Shown: positions 30,417-41,100 of the stretch, piece after piece | Position numbering within the stretch: position 1 is the first letter of the stretch | Layout: each line of letters opens with the position of its first letter | Assembly: GCA_034670305.1 (NCBI GenBank) | Contig: JAXMNT010000001.1 | Location: 256,001-320,000, forward strand | Source: Deltaproteobacteria bacterium | GTDB lineage: Bacteria > Myxococcota_A > Polyangia > Polyangiales > Houyiibacteriaceae | Length of the DNA stretch: 64,000 nucleotides | Direction of reading: 5' to 3' | Program-made: the position numbers and the translations under genes | The notes under the pieces: model-generated | What the model was told of the DNA's origin: nothing | Database searches by the model: none | Seen by the model: only the letters and a program-made list of their open reading frames with translations

Positions 30417-31151
30417 CTACTGCAGGAGCCATCGGGTTGCGATGGCGACGGCGAGGAGGGCGACTTCGACGCCGGCGATCAGGGCGATCTCGGCGCGGGT
30501 CCAGTGGCCACCACGCAACCAACTCGGGCTGCCGATGCGCGCCTCCAGCGGCTCGGCCCATCGCTTCTTGCGGGCCTTCGCGTCTTCGATGACGACCTCG
30601 GGCGCGATGGCGAGCGAGAGTTTGCAGACCGGACAGTCGAGCCGGCCGGGGAGGGCAGGGGTCTGGGTGGGGTTGTCGCACTTGGGGCATGCCAGCGGCG
30701 TCTTGCGGAGACTGGCCACCGCGCGTCGGCGGACGGTGTGTCGTCTCAGCGCGATCAGGTAGGCGCTGATCCAGCCCACTGGGAACGCGAAGAGCAGCGC
30801 ACCGAGCAGCGCGCCCCACCACCACTCGGGCTCCAGCCAACCGAACCCTCCGAGCGCCCCTCCCGCGACGAGCCCCGCGATCATGAACCAGCGGGGCACC
30901 TCGGGTTCCACGAACCGCGACTCGAGCACCCCTTCGAGGGCGACCTCCACTTCCCGCGCGAAGTCGACCGGGAGCTTGCGTCCGACCTCGAGGTCGTCGC
31001 GCAGACGCTTCGGCATCTTGATGTCGCTGTCGCAGAACGGACACTCGACCTCTTTCACCGGCTCGTGTGAGACCAAGGTCGCGCCGCACCCACGACATGG
31101 GAACGCAGCGAGTTGTCGCGTGACCGCCACCGGTCGAGGGTAGCCGAGCAT
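30417..31151 (-). CDS. Membrane protein with two double-CxxC zinc-ribbon-like motifs
   Basis: CRGC...CPFC and CPKC...CPVC flanking hydrophobic helices. Confidence 0.65.
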   Translation of the reverse strand: MLGYPRPVAVTRQLAAFPCRGCGATLVSHEPVKEVECPFCDSDIKMPKRLRDDLEVGRKLPVDFAREVEVALEGVLESRFVEPEVPRWFMIAGLVAGGALGGFGWLEPEWWWGALLGALLFAFPVGWISAYLIALRRHTVRRRAVASLRKTPLACPKCDNPTQTPALPGRLDCPVCKLSLAIAPEVVIEDAKARKKRWAEPLEARIGSPSWLRGGHWTRAEIALIAGVEVALLAVAIATRWLLQ

Positions 31152-31185
31152 GCACCGAGTGCGATCCGGTTCTGCGAAGACGCGC

Positions 31186-32181
31186 TCAGAAGAACGCCAT
31201 CGAGACGCCCAGGACCAAGAGCGTCGCGAGCAGTCCCATGCGCATCCGGCTCTCCGCTTGCGATTCGAACCGCCGCATGCGGAGCGACTGGTCGCCGGAG
31301 CGGAAGGGCCCATCGCCGCTCCGCTGATGACGGACCACCCAGCGCGAGTCGTCCATCCGTGCGACGGGCGCGCCGTCGGCGCCCGCGGGATCGATGGGCG
31401 GGGCGATCGACCAACCGGGGACCTCGCCGCGCACGATCCGCTTCAGGAAGAACTCGACCCGGACCGTGCGCAAGAGCGTCCACCCCGCGACCGCAAGGGC
31501 CAAGACGAGCAGCGCTTGGGTGGCGTCGACGCCGTACCCTTCGACCGCGGGCCGGGTGTCGAGGGCGTGGTCGACCGCGCCCCGTGCGAACGCCCGCCCG
31601 AGGATCGAGACGCCGAGCATCCAGGCCGACACGACCGAGAGAACCTGCAGGGTCAGTTCGCCCGCGCGGGTCTCGAGCGGCACGGTGTCTTCGCGGGTCT
31701 GCCGGAACACATAGCCGAGCAGCGGACCGTAGAGCGCGGCGTAGACGAATCCGACGCAGCCGCCGACCGGCAACCCGAAGATGGCGGCGAGCGCGGTGAT
31801 GCCAAGCGCTTCTCCGAGCCCGTTGCCCGCCGCGATCGTCAGAAGCCCGGCGCAGAAGGCGGTGTTCAAGACGCCCGCGAGTGGGCCGAGCCACACGAGC
31901 GACCAGGCAGACTTCATGCGCCGCGCAAGTTTGACGACGCCGACGGTCACGATCGCGGTGGACATCGGTACCAGCAACACCGTCGAGGGTTCGAGCCAGG
32001 TCCGGACTTCGTAGAGCTGCACGACCCGGGCGCCTACCGCGAGCGCGATCGTCGAACCCACACACGCCAGCGCGCACGTCGTGAACCGTTCGACGCCGGC
32101 CCGGCTCCAGCCCCGCAGCGGTTCGGGCACGGGGGTCTCGGCAAGCACAGGCGCATCCACGGCGGTCGAAGGCGAGTCCAT
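31186..32181 (-). CDS. Multi-pass membrane hypothetical protein
   Basis: About seven hydrophobic segments. Confidence 0.65.
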   Translation of the reverse strand: MDSPSTAVDAPVLAETPVPEPLRGWSRAGVERFTTCALACVGSTIALAVGARVVQLYEVRTWLEPSTVLLVPMSTAIVTVGVVKLARRMKSAWSLVWLGPLAGVLNTAFCAGLLTIAAGNGLGEALGITALAAIFGLPVGGCVGFVYAALYGPLLGYVFRQTREDTVPLETRAGELTLQVLSVVSAWMLGVSILGRAFARGAVDHALDTRPAVEGYGVDATQALLVLALAVAGWTLLRTVRVEFFLKRIVRGEVPGWSIAPPIDPAGADGAPVARMDDSRWVVRHQRSGDGPFRSGDQSLRMRRFESQAESRMRMGLLATLLVLGVSMAFF

Positions 32182-32355
32182 GAAGTGTGTACGCCTCCCG
32201 CGAAGCGCGCATTCCTCACCCCTGAAACCCACTGCGTTTCGCAAGGACAGCGCTGCGATTCCCGAGGCACTGCACCGCGTTCGTCAGGCGCTCCAGAACG
32301 ACCGAAGCCGCGACCCCAGAGGATCGCGGCTTCCACGGATGGCGTCTGGCGACGA

Positions 32356-33681
32356 CTACGCGACGAAGGCGCGCAGGGTGTCGCTCTGGGCGACCTGCCG
32401 CAGTTTGCGAAGCGCGAGCGCCTGGAGTTGCCGGATCCGTTCGCGGCTCAGTCCGAACTCACGTCCGATCTCTGCGAGGGTGTGGGCTTCCTGGTCGCCG
32501 ATGCCGAAGCGCATGCGCAGGATCTGTTGCTCGCGTTCACTCAGGGTCTCGAGCGCCCCGAGCACGGTCGTGTTCAGGTCGTCTTCCACCAGCGCATCCA
32601 TCGGCGAGGCGGTGCGTTCGTCCGCGATGAGATCGCGCAGCTCGCTGCTGCCGTCCGAACCCACGGGGGTCTCGAGCGAGACGGTGTCGCGCGCGATGGC
32701 CAGCAGGTTGCGGACCTTCTCGACCGGAAGCTGCATCGCCGCAGCCACTTCGCCGGGCGTGGGATCCCGCCCGAGGCGACCGGTCAGTCGTCGGCTGGTA
32801 CTCATCAACTTGGTGAGCAGTTCGTGGGCGTGGACTGGGACCCGGATCGTCCGGCCCTGATCGGTCGCCGCCCGCGCCATCGACTGCCGAATCCACCACG
32901 ACGCGTACGTCGAGAGTTTGTAGCCGCGGCGGTAGTCGAATTTGTCGATGGCCCGCATGAGGCCCATGTTGCCTTCTTGAATCAGGTCGAGGAGCGGCAG
33001 GCCCCGCTTGAGGTACTTCTTCGCGGTGGCGACGACCAATCGAAGGTTCGCTTCGACCATCTCGGCTTTGGCCCGTTCGACGAGGGCGTCGGCGGCTTCG
33101 ATCGTGGCGTAGGTGTCCTTGATCACCCGCGCCTTGGCGCCCGCTTGCTTCTCGGCGATGTCGCGGTCTGCCTTCTTGCGGGTCTCGAGCAGCTGGACCC
33201 ACTTCGCGAGTCGCCGCCGGAGTTTCATGAACGGGGCGGAGATGACCGCGTCCTGAGGTCGGATCTCTTCGGCCGCGACACGGATGCCCACTTCGGCAAC
33301 CGCCGGCGCTTTGATCTTCGACGCGAGGAAGGTCGCCCAGATGACGTTGCGGCCCTTCTCGATCTGTCGGGCGAGTTCGACTTCGCCTTCGCGGGTGAGG
33401 AGACTGACCGATCCGATCCAGTCCAGGTACGACTGGATGGTCTCGTTCGCGCCGCCACGGGTCGAGCGCGAGGACGAACGTCCGCTGCTCTCGGTCTGGG
33501 TCGCCCGTTCTACCAGGCGCACACCCGCCGATTCGATCTGGCGCAGGAGGCGCTGAATGTTGAGGGGAGAAGATGCGCCCTTCGCTGCCAGGGCATCACT
33601 CACCTCCGCGAAGGTGAGAAATCCGCGTTCTCGTCCCTGCTGAATGAGCTCGTCGAAACGAGCGTTGCCGCCTTGGGTCAA
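32356..33681 (-). CDS. RpoD-like sigma-70 family factor (divergent paralogue)
   Basis: Region 1.1 [12 protein letters not shown], 1.2 [12 protein letters not shown], 2 NLRLVV..AKKY / [10 protein letters not shown] / WWIRQ, 3 and 4 ([16 protein letters not shown]); TTG start after AAGGCGG. Confidence 0.88.
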   Translation of the reverse strand: MTQGGNARFDELIQQGRERGFLTFAEVSDALAAKGASSPLNIQRLLRQIESAGVRLVERATQTESSGRSSSRSTRGGANETIQSYLDWIGSVSLLTREGEVELARQIEKGRNVIWATFLASKIKAPAVAEVGIRVAAEEIRPQDAVISAPFMKLRRRLAKWVQLLETRKKADRDIAEKQAGAKARVIKDTYATIEAADALVERAKAEMVEANLRLVVATAKKYLKRGLPLLDLIQEGNMGLMRAIDKFDYRRGYKLSTYASWWIRQSMARAATDQGRTIRVPVHAHELLTKLMSTSRRLTGRLGRDPTPGEVAAAMQLPVEKVRNLLAIARDTVSLETPVGSDGSSELRDLIADERTASPMDALVEDDLNTTVLGALETLSEREQQILRMRFGIGDQEAHTLAEIGREFGLSRERIRQLQALALRKLRQVAQSDTLRAFVA

Positions 33682-34036
33682 AGTGTCCGCCTTTCGGTGA
33701 TTAAGCCATCGATGTAAAAGAGAGATCGTCGGCCCAAGAGCAGAACGCCCGAGGAACGAATTCCTTGGGCTGCTTTTGAACCATCTGCGCTCTGAAGGTT
33801 CGACCCCGCAGGCTGAGTTGCCCGCGGACACACCGGTCGTTCATCCAGAACTCCCGAATACGCGCGCGCAGACCAAGCCGTCCCCCCACCGCTGGGAGGT
33901 GCTGTACAGGTGTTGGCGACTACGTCGGTTCGGGTCATGAAAAGTGTCTGCCCGCCACGCGATAACTCACGCGCCGTGCAGGATGCGTACAGAAGAAGGT
34001 GGGGACTTGTTTCGACTTCCGCCAGGTTTTTTTTCG

Positions 34037-34055
34037 GTTGACGAAATTCGTCAAC
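34037..34055. promoter_or_regulatory. Perfect 19-bp palindrome upstream of the sigma gene (candidate operator)
   Basis: GTTGACGAA-A-TTCGTCAAC next to a T8 tract in an AT-richer intergenic region. Confidence 0.55.
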
Positions 34056-34139
34056 GATTTCGATGCATGGATCACGGATGATCCCCGCGATCCGAACACC
34101 TGAGCAGTGCAAAATCGCCCCTCCAGGCCAGATCGCTTC

Positions 34140-34545
34140 CTAGCAGGTGTCACCGGGACGGGGTTTGGGGGCTGTGCCCCCAAGAATATTGTCTCTCGCG
34201 CGGGAGGCTCTGGGCCCGCGCAGGAGCGAAGCGACGAGCAGGTCCGGAGCCGCTTTCGAGGGTTCGGAAAGCCGAAGGCGTCCGAGCCCGTAGAAACCCC
34301 GCGAGAGACCAGCAATATTCGACAGCGTGCAGCCTCGCGAAGCGAGCCAGCGGTGTCACCGGGACGGGGGGCTGTGCCCCCAAGTAATATCGAACGGGCT
34401 CTCGCCCACCTCGAGCAGGTCGTCGCGATGCTCGTCGCGCCGATCAAGCGATCTGACCGCCGATCCGCGGGCAAGGGCAAAGGCAAGGGCAGGGGCAAGG
34501 GGCAGGCTGCGAGAACGCCCGCAGGGCGTTCTCGCAGCCTGCTAG
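34140..34545. mobile_element. Composite element copy 2 (partial A, B, A cassettes + four-helix C-terminus)
   Basis: CTAG at 34140-34143 and 34542-34545; ATAT at 34186, 34315 and 34387; IERALAHLEQVVAML segment; (GGGCAA)n and terminal hairpin. Confidence 0.85.
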
Positions 34546-35612
34546 GGCCGGGAGGTCTTGGCCATGCCACCGACGATGCCGACCAGCGCACGCACTTCTC
34601 GCGCCGCCGTGGGCACCAGATCCAACACGGTCGATTGACCGGTGTGGGAGTAGGCCCCGGTGATGAACAGCTCGGCGTGGGGGATCGCCTGGGCGAGGGC
34701 GGCGCCTTGCTCCCACGGAATGACGTCGTCGTCGCGGCCGTGTGCCACCACGGTGGGGATTGCGATGCGGGCGCAGTCGGGGAGCGGGTCGAGGCTCTCG
34801 ATGCGCGCGCGGCCTCCCTCGAGACACTGCTCGAGCATCTCGTGCACCCCTGGCAGCACGCGGGTGCCCTTCAGGAAGAGTTCTCGATCGGCGAGGTCCT
34901 CTGCCAGTCGGTGGGCCACCGGCGCGAATGCCTCGTTCGATTTCATGTACGGCCGCCCCCACGTCAGGCGGATGAAGTCCATCCAGGCTTGGCGCAGCTG
35001 CGGCGCGTTCTTCGGATCCAGGTGTTCGACGAAGTTCAGTAGCACCGCGCAGCAGTTGAGCGGGTCGTGCGCGCGTCCGTCCGGGGCGCCTTCCACCGCG
35101 AACTCGAGCGTGTCCCGAAACACCGCGAAGCCACCGAACAACATCAGCCGGCCGACCTCTGGGCGGCGCGCGGCGACATCCAGTGCCGGAAGGGATCCGA
35201 ACGAGATGCTGAAGAGCCCGACCTTGTCCGTGTCCATCGACCGGCGCTCGGGCAACGCCAGAAGCAGGTCGAGCGCGCGCTCGAGGTCGACGCCCAGATC
35301 GTGGGTGACTTGCATGCGGCGGAAGTCCGGCAAGAAGGGACAGACCACCAGGATCCCGGCCTCGGCGAGCACGCGACAGAACCGGTCCAGCCGGCAGTCC
35401 GCCGGGCCGAGGTAGTGCAGGCCCGGGGTCACCACCATCGCGCCGGTCGGCGCGCCGTTGGAGTAGACCCAGACGTCCATCTCCGGTCGGCCTGCCTCGG
35501 CTGGAACCACCATCGGCCGCCAGGACACGTGCCGCGGTACCAAGTCGTCGTCGGTCCAGGGTCCGAGCCATTGCGCCAGGCGGGCGGACATTCGCAGCGT
35601 CTCTCTATCCAC
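34542..35612 (-). CDS. Alpha/beta hydrolase fold protein
   Basis: VVTPGLH, nucleophile elbow SISFG, AHGRDDDVIP, C-terminal YSHT. Confidence 0.75.
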   Translation of the reverse strand: MDRETLRMSARLAQWLGPWTDDDLVPRHVSWRPMVVPAEAGRPEMDVWVYSNGAPTGAMVVTPGLHYLGPADCRLDRFCRVLAEAGILVVCPFLPDFRRMQVTHDLGVDLERALDLLLALPERRSMDTDKVGLFSISFGSLPALDVAARRPEVGRLMLFGGFAVFRDTLEFAVEGAPDGRAHDPLNCCAVLLNFVEHLDPKNAPQLRQAWMDFIRLTWGRPYMKSNEAFAPVAHRLAEDLADRELFLKGTRVLPGVHEMLEQCLEGGRARIESLDPLPDCARIAIPTVVAHGRDDDVIPWEQGAALAQAIPHAELFITGAYSHTGQSTVLDLVPTAAREVRALVGIVGGMAKTSRP

Positions 35613-35689
35613 CGGCGGAGACTACCTGTTCGGGGCCGCGACTCGGTCCGTTTGTTGGCGGTGTCGACGCCTCGACCCGCCCATCGGCG

Positions 35690-37456
35690 TCACTCGTCGA
35701 CCGGCTCGTTCACCCGCAGCACCGTCCTCGCCGGAACGTCGAAGAAGTTCTGGATCTGCCCGCTGCGGGGCCATCGAACTTCCACCCGCGCCACCGTCTC
35801 GTGTGTGCCCAGTCCGAAGTGGGGACGGCCGGGGTCGTTGCCGAGAAACCCGCAGCCGTTGCCCGCCAGCCGCACCATCGGGGTCGCGTCGGCCGTCGGC
35901 CAGACCCGCACTTCGGCGCCGTAGCCATCGCGGTTCGACGACGTGCCGCGCGGGTCCACGACAAGCCAGCTTCGGATTTCGGCGGCGTCGTTTCGCCAGA
36001 CGAGGGGCGGGTCGAGGGTGTGGGTGACAACCAGATCCAAGTCGCCGTCGCCGTCGAGGTCGACCGGCACCACCGCGCGGCCAACCCCGTCGTCGACGAG
36101 GCCGAGCTCGGCCGCCACGTCGACGAAGGTGCCGTCGCCTTCGTTCCGCCAGAGTTTGATCGGGTCGGTTTCGTACCCGGTGTCCGGCGTGGTGTGGCGG
36201 ATGCCATTGGTCGCGACGAGATCGAGGTCTCCGTCGAGGTCGAAGTCGAAGAAGCGTGCGCCCCATCCCCAGCCGGCGTCGCGCACCCCGGCCGCGTCGG
36301 TCACGTCGACGAACCGCCGCCCGCCTTCGTTTCGGAACAGGCGGTTGCCGCTTCGGCCCCAGTAGCAGTCTTCGCCGCGGCGGCAGTCGTCGTCGAAGAT
36401 CGCGGTCACGAAGTAGTCGAGGTCGCCGTCGTTGTCGTAGTCGCCGAACGCGGCGCCCATGCCGTTCTCCTCCGTGCCCACGCCGGCTTCGGACGTGCCA
36501 TCCAGGAACGCCATGCCGTCTTCGGGCGCGGCCTCGTTCCAGAACAGGCGCGAGGTCTCGAAGTCCGCGGTCTGCACGAACTCCGGTCGACCGTCGCCGT
36601 CGAGGTCGACCAGCGCGGGCGTGAACCCCCACGCCCCTGGGACCCCGAGCGCGCGGGTGTTCTCCGCCCGCAGTCCGAGCGCGTCCGTGACGTCCGAGAA
36701 ACTGCCCGGTGCCATCGCGCCCAGGTTGCGAAAGAGGCCGTTGCCGGTCCGCTGATCGGTGTCCGAGACCGGGCGCCACGCGCTGGTGGTCAGATCCAGA
36801 AACCCATCGAGGTCGTAGTCTCCGAAGCACTGGCTCATCGACGCGTGCAGGTCGCCGGTCGGCAGGGCCACGCCCCGCGCCTCGCCTTCTTCGACGAAGT
36901 GCAGCGGCGCGTGCTGCACGAAGAGCTGCGTCTGGGCATCGCCCATCACACCGACCACCAGATCGAGGTCGCCGTCGTTGTCGATGTCGGCGAACGCGGC
37001 GCCGTTGCTCAACCGCGCGTCTTCGAACGCCGGCACGTGCTGTCGTTCGAAGACGAAGTCTCCACGGTTCAGGTACAGCGCGTTCGGTGCGTCGAAATGG
37101 GTGAACAGCACATCCGGCAAACCGTCCCCGTCCACGTCGCCGACCGCCACACCGCCAGCGAAGCGCAGCGCCGCGCACGCCACCACGTTGTCCAGGTAAC
37201 AGGGCACGGGGTACCGCTCCGCCCATTGCGGTTCGGGGAACACCATGGGCATGGCGGTGAAGCCGCGGGGTGGGTCGAACCAGGCGTCGGCTTCGGCGGC
37301 AGCATCCGCGCCGACATCGACGGTCCCATCGTTGGACGCCCCGCCATCGCGTGTGCGTGCGTCGGGCACCGACGCGTCCGCCAGGTCCACCTCGCCTGTC
37401 GGGCTCGAACACCCCAGGACCAAGAGCCATCCGAGATGGAGGCAATGCGCGCGCAC
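35690..37456 (-). CDS. CRTAC1/ASPIC-UnbV family FG-GAP repeat lipoprotein
   Basis: Lipobox LVLGC; many D.D.DGD.DL repeats; SNRDGYGA.V...HFGLG...VEVRWP. Confidence 0.9.
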   Translation of the reverse strand: MRAHCLHLGWLLVLGCSSPTGEVDLADASVPDARTRDGGASNDGTVDVGADAAAEADAWFDPPRGFTAMPMVFPEPQWAERYPVPCYLDNVVACAALRFAGGVAVGDVDGDGLPDVLFTHFDAPNALYLNRGDFVFERQHVPAFEDARLSNGAAFADIDNDGDLDLVVGVMGDAQTQLFVQHAPLHFVEEGEARGVALPTGDLHASMSQCFGDYDLDGFLDLTTSAWRPVSDTDQRTGNGLFRNLGAMAPGSFSDVTDALGLRAENTRALGVPGAWGFTPALVDLDGDGRPEFVQTADFETSRLFWNEAAPEDGMAFLDGTSEAGVGTEENGMGAAFGDYDNDGDLDYFVTAIFDDDCRRGEDCYWGRSGNRLFRNEGGRRFVDVTDAAGVRDAGWGWGARFFDFDLDGDLDLVATNGIRHTTPDTGYETDPIKLWRNEGDGTFVDVAAELGLVDDGVGRAVVPVDLDGDGDLDLVVTHTLDPPLVWRNDAAEIRSWLVVDPRGTSSNRDGYGAEVRVWPTADATPMVRLAGNGCGFLGNDPGRPHFGLGTHETVARVEVRWPRSGQIQNFFDVPARTVLRVNEPVDE

Positions 37457-37516
37457 CGGTGCAGTCTAGCAGCCGCACAACCGGCTGGTGGCGCGGTGAC
37501 TGCGCTTGCGCGCCGT

Positions 37517-37978
37517 TCAGTCCGGCGCGGTCACGAGTCGGAGTTCGGCGCCGGCGGGCAGTCCCACTTCGAGGACGGACTGCGCTTCACCTTCCCCCGC
37601 CTCTTCGTCGACCTCGGCGACTCGCACGATGAGTCGGTTGTTCTGCCGGCGGACGATGATGTGGTGACCTGCCCCCGCCCACCAGCAGTTGGCCCGCAGC
37701 AGATCGGGCGGGTGGGCCGTCTCGTGCGAACACACGCCGAGGTAGGTGCCGATCGGCGTCACGTCGCGGCTCCCCTCGGCGGCGATGACGGCCAGCGCCA
37801 GGTTCGAACGCGGCATGTCCTGTTCGTTCACGCCTCCGTCGAGGATCCGCAACGAGACCGTGACCTCGGGTGCGGTTTCGGGCGGTGGCGCGGCGACCGG
37901 TTCGGGGGTGTGCGCACACCCCATCCAGGCGACACAGGAGAGAGACAAGGCGGACAACCGCATCGAGGAGAGGGTCAC
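37517..37978 (-). CDS. Putative lipoprotein
   Basis: AWMGC lipobox-like; GTGA overlap with the regulator stop. Confidence 0.6.
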   Translation of the reverse strand: MTLSSMRLSALSLSCVAWMGCAHTPEPVAAPPPETAPEVTVSLRILDGGVNEQDMPRSNLALAVIAAEGSRDVTPIGTYLGVCSHETAHPPDLLRANCWWAGAGHHIIVRRQNNRLIVRVAEVDEEAGEGEAQSVLEVGLPAGAELRLVTAPD

Positions 37979-39318
37979 TGGGCTTCGATTCCGTAGGCGC
38001 GGAGTTTGCGTTGCAGGGTTCGGCGATCGATACCGAGCGCGACGGCCGCTTTGGTGATGTTGCCGTCGAACGAAGAGAGCACCCGCTCGATGTGGGCGCG
38101 TTCGATCTCAGCGAGCGAGGTGGTCTCGGGCAGAGAGGCGGTGGCGTCGGTGCGCTTCTCGCTCGTTCCCCCGAGGTGCCCGAACACACTCCCGGCGATC
38201 ATGCGGCGCGCGAGGTCGGCGTCGATGACGTCTCCGTTCGCGAACAGCGCCGCGCGCCGGAGCACATTGAGCAACTCGCGCACGTTGCCCGGCCAGTCGT
38301 ACGCGCGAAGCGCGGCCAGCGCGGAGGGTTCGAGCGTCGTCGCTGCCGAACCCACCCGTCCCAGCAGATGCTGCGCGAGCGGTTCGAGGTCGCCGGGCCG
38401 GTCCCGCAGCGGGGGGACCACGACGGGGAACACCTGCAGCCGGAAGAAGAGGTCTTCGCGAAACCGGCCGGCCGCGACTTCCTCGCGCAGGTCGCGGTTC
38501 GTCGCGGCGATGATGCGGGCGTCGACGTCGTGTTCGCGACTCTCGCCGATCGGTCGCACCTTCCGGGTCTCGAGGGCACGCAACAACTTGGCCTGGCTCT
38601 CGATCGGAAGCTCGGCGAGCTCGTCGATGAACAGGGTGCCGCGGTGGGCCTCGCGAAAGAGCCCCTTGCGGTCGGACGTGGCGCCGGTGAATGCGCCCCG
38701 CTTGTGTCCGAAGAGTTCGCTCTCGAACAGTTCGCGCGGCACACACGCCGCATTCATGGCGACGAAGTTCTTGTCGGCGCGTGGGCTCCGGCGGTGCACG
38801 TGGCGCGCGACGACCTCTTTGCCCGTCCCGGTCTCTCCGGAGATGAGCACGGTCTCGTCGGTGGGGGCGACGGTGTCGATGAACCGGCGGATGGCGTCCA
38901 TCGCGCCGCTCGTGCCGATGAGGGGTGGCACGTCGTCGCCGCCGGGCGCGTTGGTGCCGCCCTCGCGGACCGCTTGTTCCAGCAGCGGTCCGAGTGCGTC
39001 GGCGTCCACCGGCTTCTCGAGGAACGAGAACGCGCCGAGCTGCATCGCGACCACCGCTGCCTGCACTGTGCCGTGACCCGTCAGCACGACGATGCGGGTC
39101 GGCGAGGCGCCGCGCCGGCGGAGCACCTCGAGCCCGTCCATGCCGCGCATCCTCAGATCGAGCAGCGCGGCGTCGGGCGCTGCGTCGCCGGTGAGGAGCG
39201 GGAGGGCTTCTTCGCCGCTCGCCGCTTCGGCGACCTCGAACTCGAGCCGCCGCAGCGCTTTCGCGATCGCGAAACGAAACGCCTTGTCGTCGTCGATGAC
39301 GAGGATCCGGCCCTTCAC
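37975..39318 (-). CDS. Sigma-54-dependent response regulator (NtrC family)
   Basis: Receiver DDD/LLDL, GETGTGKE, ESELFGHKRGAFTGA, FREDLFFRL, WPGNVREL, Fis HTH. Confidence 0.96.
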   Translation of the reverse strand: MKGRILVIDDDKAFRFAIAKALRRLEFEVAEAASGEEALPLLTGDAAPDAALLDLRMRGMDGLEVLRRRGASPTRIVVLTGHGTVQAAVVAMQLGAFSFLEKPVDADALGPLLEQAVREGGTNAPGGDDVPPLIGTSGAMDAIRRFIDTVAPTDETVLISGETGTGKEVVARHVHRRSPRADKNFVAMNAACVPRELFESELFGHKRGAFTGATSDRKGLFREAHRGTLFIDELAELPIESQAKLLRALETRKVRPIGESREHDVDARIIAATNRDLREEVAAGRFREDLFFRLQVFPVVVPPLRDRPGDLEPLAQHLLGRVGSAATTLEPSALAALRAYDWPGNVRELLNVLRRAALFANGDVIDADLARRMIAGSVFGHLGGTSEKRTDATASLPETTSLAEIERAHIERVLSSFDGNITKAAVALGIDRRTLQRKLRAYGIEAQ

Positions 39319-41078
39319 GCGCCGCCTCCGGCCGCGAGCCGCAGAATCGCTTCGGTGCCGCCGCTCTCGCGCGCTTCGAGTTCGAGTCGTCCGCCCATCG
39401 CCGTGACGAGCATATAGGACGTGTAGAGCCCGAGCCCTGTGCCTTCGCCGGGGGGCTTGGTGGTGGCGAAAGGTTCGAAGAGCCGGCCCTGCATCGATTC
39501 GGGCAGGCCGGGGCCATCGTCCAGCACTCGGATGATCACGTGTTGCCCGTCGAGGGCCGCGTTCACTTCGATCGTCGAGCCCGTGTGTGCGCGGATCGCG
39601 TCGTAGGCGTTCTGAAGAAGGTTCACGAGTACTTGGACGAGGCGATCCATGTCCGCCGCGACCTCGAGGTGTGAGACCGAGTCGTCCACCCGCACCTCCG
39701 GTCCCGAACGTACGCCCGCGAACACGATCGCTCGGGCGCGCTCCACCACCGCCGCCAAAGGAACCTGCCCGTCGATCCGTGCCCGCACGAGATCGCCGCC
39801 GGCCAGCAGCGCTTGCGTGATGCGTCCGAGCCGATGGGTCTCGTCCCGAATGAGATCCGCGGACTCGTCGAGGTCCCGCGCGAGCTCTTCGTCCATGCCC
39901 TCTTTGGCGAGCGACTGCAGCGCGCGGGCCATGTCGGTCGCCAGGGTACGGATGGTGGCGAGCGGGGTGTTGAGTTCATGCGCCACGCCTTGGGCGACCC
40001 TTCCGAGGCTCGCGAGTCGTTCGGCGAGCAGCAGCTGTCGCTCGGCGATCGTGGCCTGGGTGCGGTCGACGTACAGGTTCATGACCCGCGGCTCATCCGG
40101 CGAGGGGTGCCGGTTCGAGGACGGGCTCTCGGCTTCGATCGGGAACGCGAGCATTTCGTACACCCGCTCCGGTGTATGCAAGTCCTCGCTGGGGACCGCG
40201 AATCGACATCGACCGCTCAGCCCTTCGGCGCGCGCGAGCGCCACAGGGCACGCGCCGCCGTCGCGTTCGCACGGCCGCCGATCCCCCGCGCACTCCCAGA
40301 GCGCACCGACGGGGCACCAGGGTGCGAGCTCCTCTGCCCGCTTGTTGCGCCACAACACCCGGCCGTCTCCATCGACGACTTCCAGACCGGCGTCGAGTTC
40401 GTCGAGGGTGTTCGAGAGCAACTGGTACTCGAGCGCCGCCCGATCGCGCGCACGGGCCAGCGCGCGCTCCCGGTCGCGCAGTTCGTTCACCGCGTGGGTC
40501 ACGATGTAGGCCGCGCCCGAGACGAGCATTGCGAACGCGGCGACCTCCGAGATCGTGTCGAAGGGTGGGGTGGGCGCCCACACGCCGAGCCTCAGCGAAG
40601 GGGTCGACTGGGCGAACGCCAAGAACCCCGCGCCGGCAAAGGCGCCGCCGGTGGCGACGACGGTGCTGCGTGGTCCGCCCAAGATCGCGATGAGCGCCAC
40701 ATGGAACAGGTAGAAGCCGATGAACGGGCAGTCGACGCCGCCCGCCGCCCACAGCAACACCGTCAACATCGTCAGGTCGAAGAGCGCCTGAAAGAGGGCT
40801 GGCTTCGGACCGCTCGTGGCGACGCCGGCGCGGTGGCTGCGCCAGAGCAAGAAGTTGTAACTGGTGCCGAACGCCGCGACTCCAGCCATCACCGGCCAAG
40901 CGGTGCCCGGAAACAGACCGGAGCTTGCGAGTGCGGTGGCGGCCCAGACCCCGAGCATCGCCACCCAGCGCAGCCGCATGAGCCACCGCATCCGGTCGAG
41001 GGTGAACGCGTCGCCGCGCCCCGGCTCGAACAGCGCGTCTCCTCCGTAGCGCCCCTCGGTGATCTTCACCCTTCGCAC
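39315..41078 (-). CDS. Membrane sensor histidine kinase
   Basis: RegB-like TM region (LRWVA), PAS-like segment, HELNTPL, NLLQNA, DDGPG, GTGLGL. Confidence 0.93.
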   Translation of the reverse strand: MRRVKITEGRYGGDALFEPGRGDAFTLDRMRWLMRLRWVAMLGVWAATALASSGLFPGTAWPVMAGVAAFGTSYNFLLWRSHRAGVATSGPKPALFQALFDLTMLTVLLWAAGGVDCPFIGFYLFHVALIAILGGPRSTVVATGGAFAGAGFLAFAQSTPSLRLGVWAPTPPFDTISEVAAFAMLVSGAAYIVTHAVNELRDRERALARARDRAALEYQLLSNTLDELDAGLEVVDGDGRVLWRNKRAEELAPWCPVGALWECAGDRRPCERDGGACPVALARAEGLSGRCRFAVPSEDLHTPERVYEMLAFPIEAESPSSNRHPSPDEPRVMNLYVDRTQATIAERQLLLAERLASLGRVAQGVAHELNTPLATIRTLATDMARALQSLAKEGMDEELARDLDESADLIRDETHRLGRITQALLAGGDLVRARIDGQVPLAAVVERARAIVFAGVRSGPEVRVDDSVSHLEVAADMDRLVQVLVNLLQNAYDAIRAHTGSTIEVNAALDGQHVIIRVLDDGPGLPESMQGRLFEPFATTKPPGEGTGLGLYTSYMLVTAMGGRLELEARESGGTEAILRLAAGGGA

Positions 41079-41100
41079 CTGGGTCTAGGCGCCATGTGGA

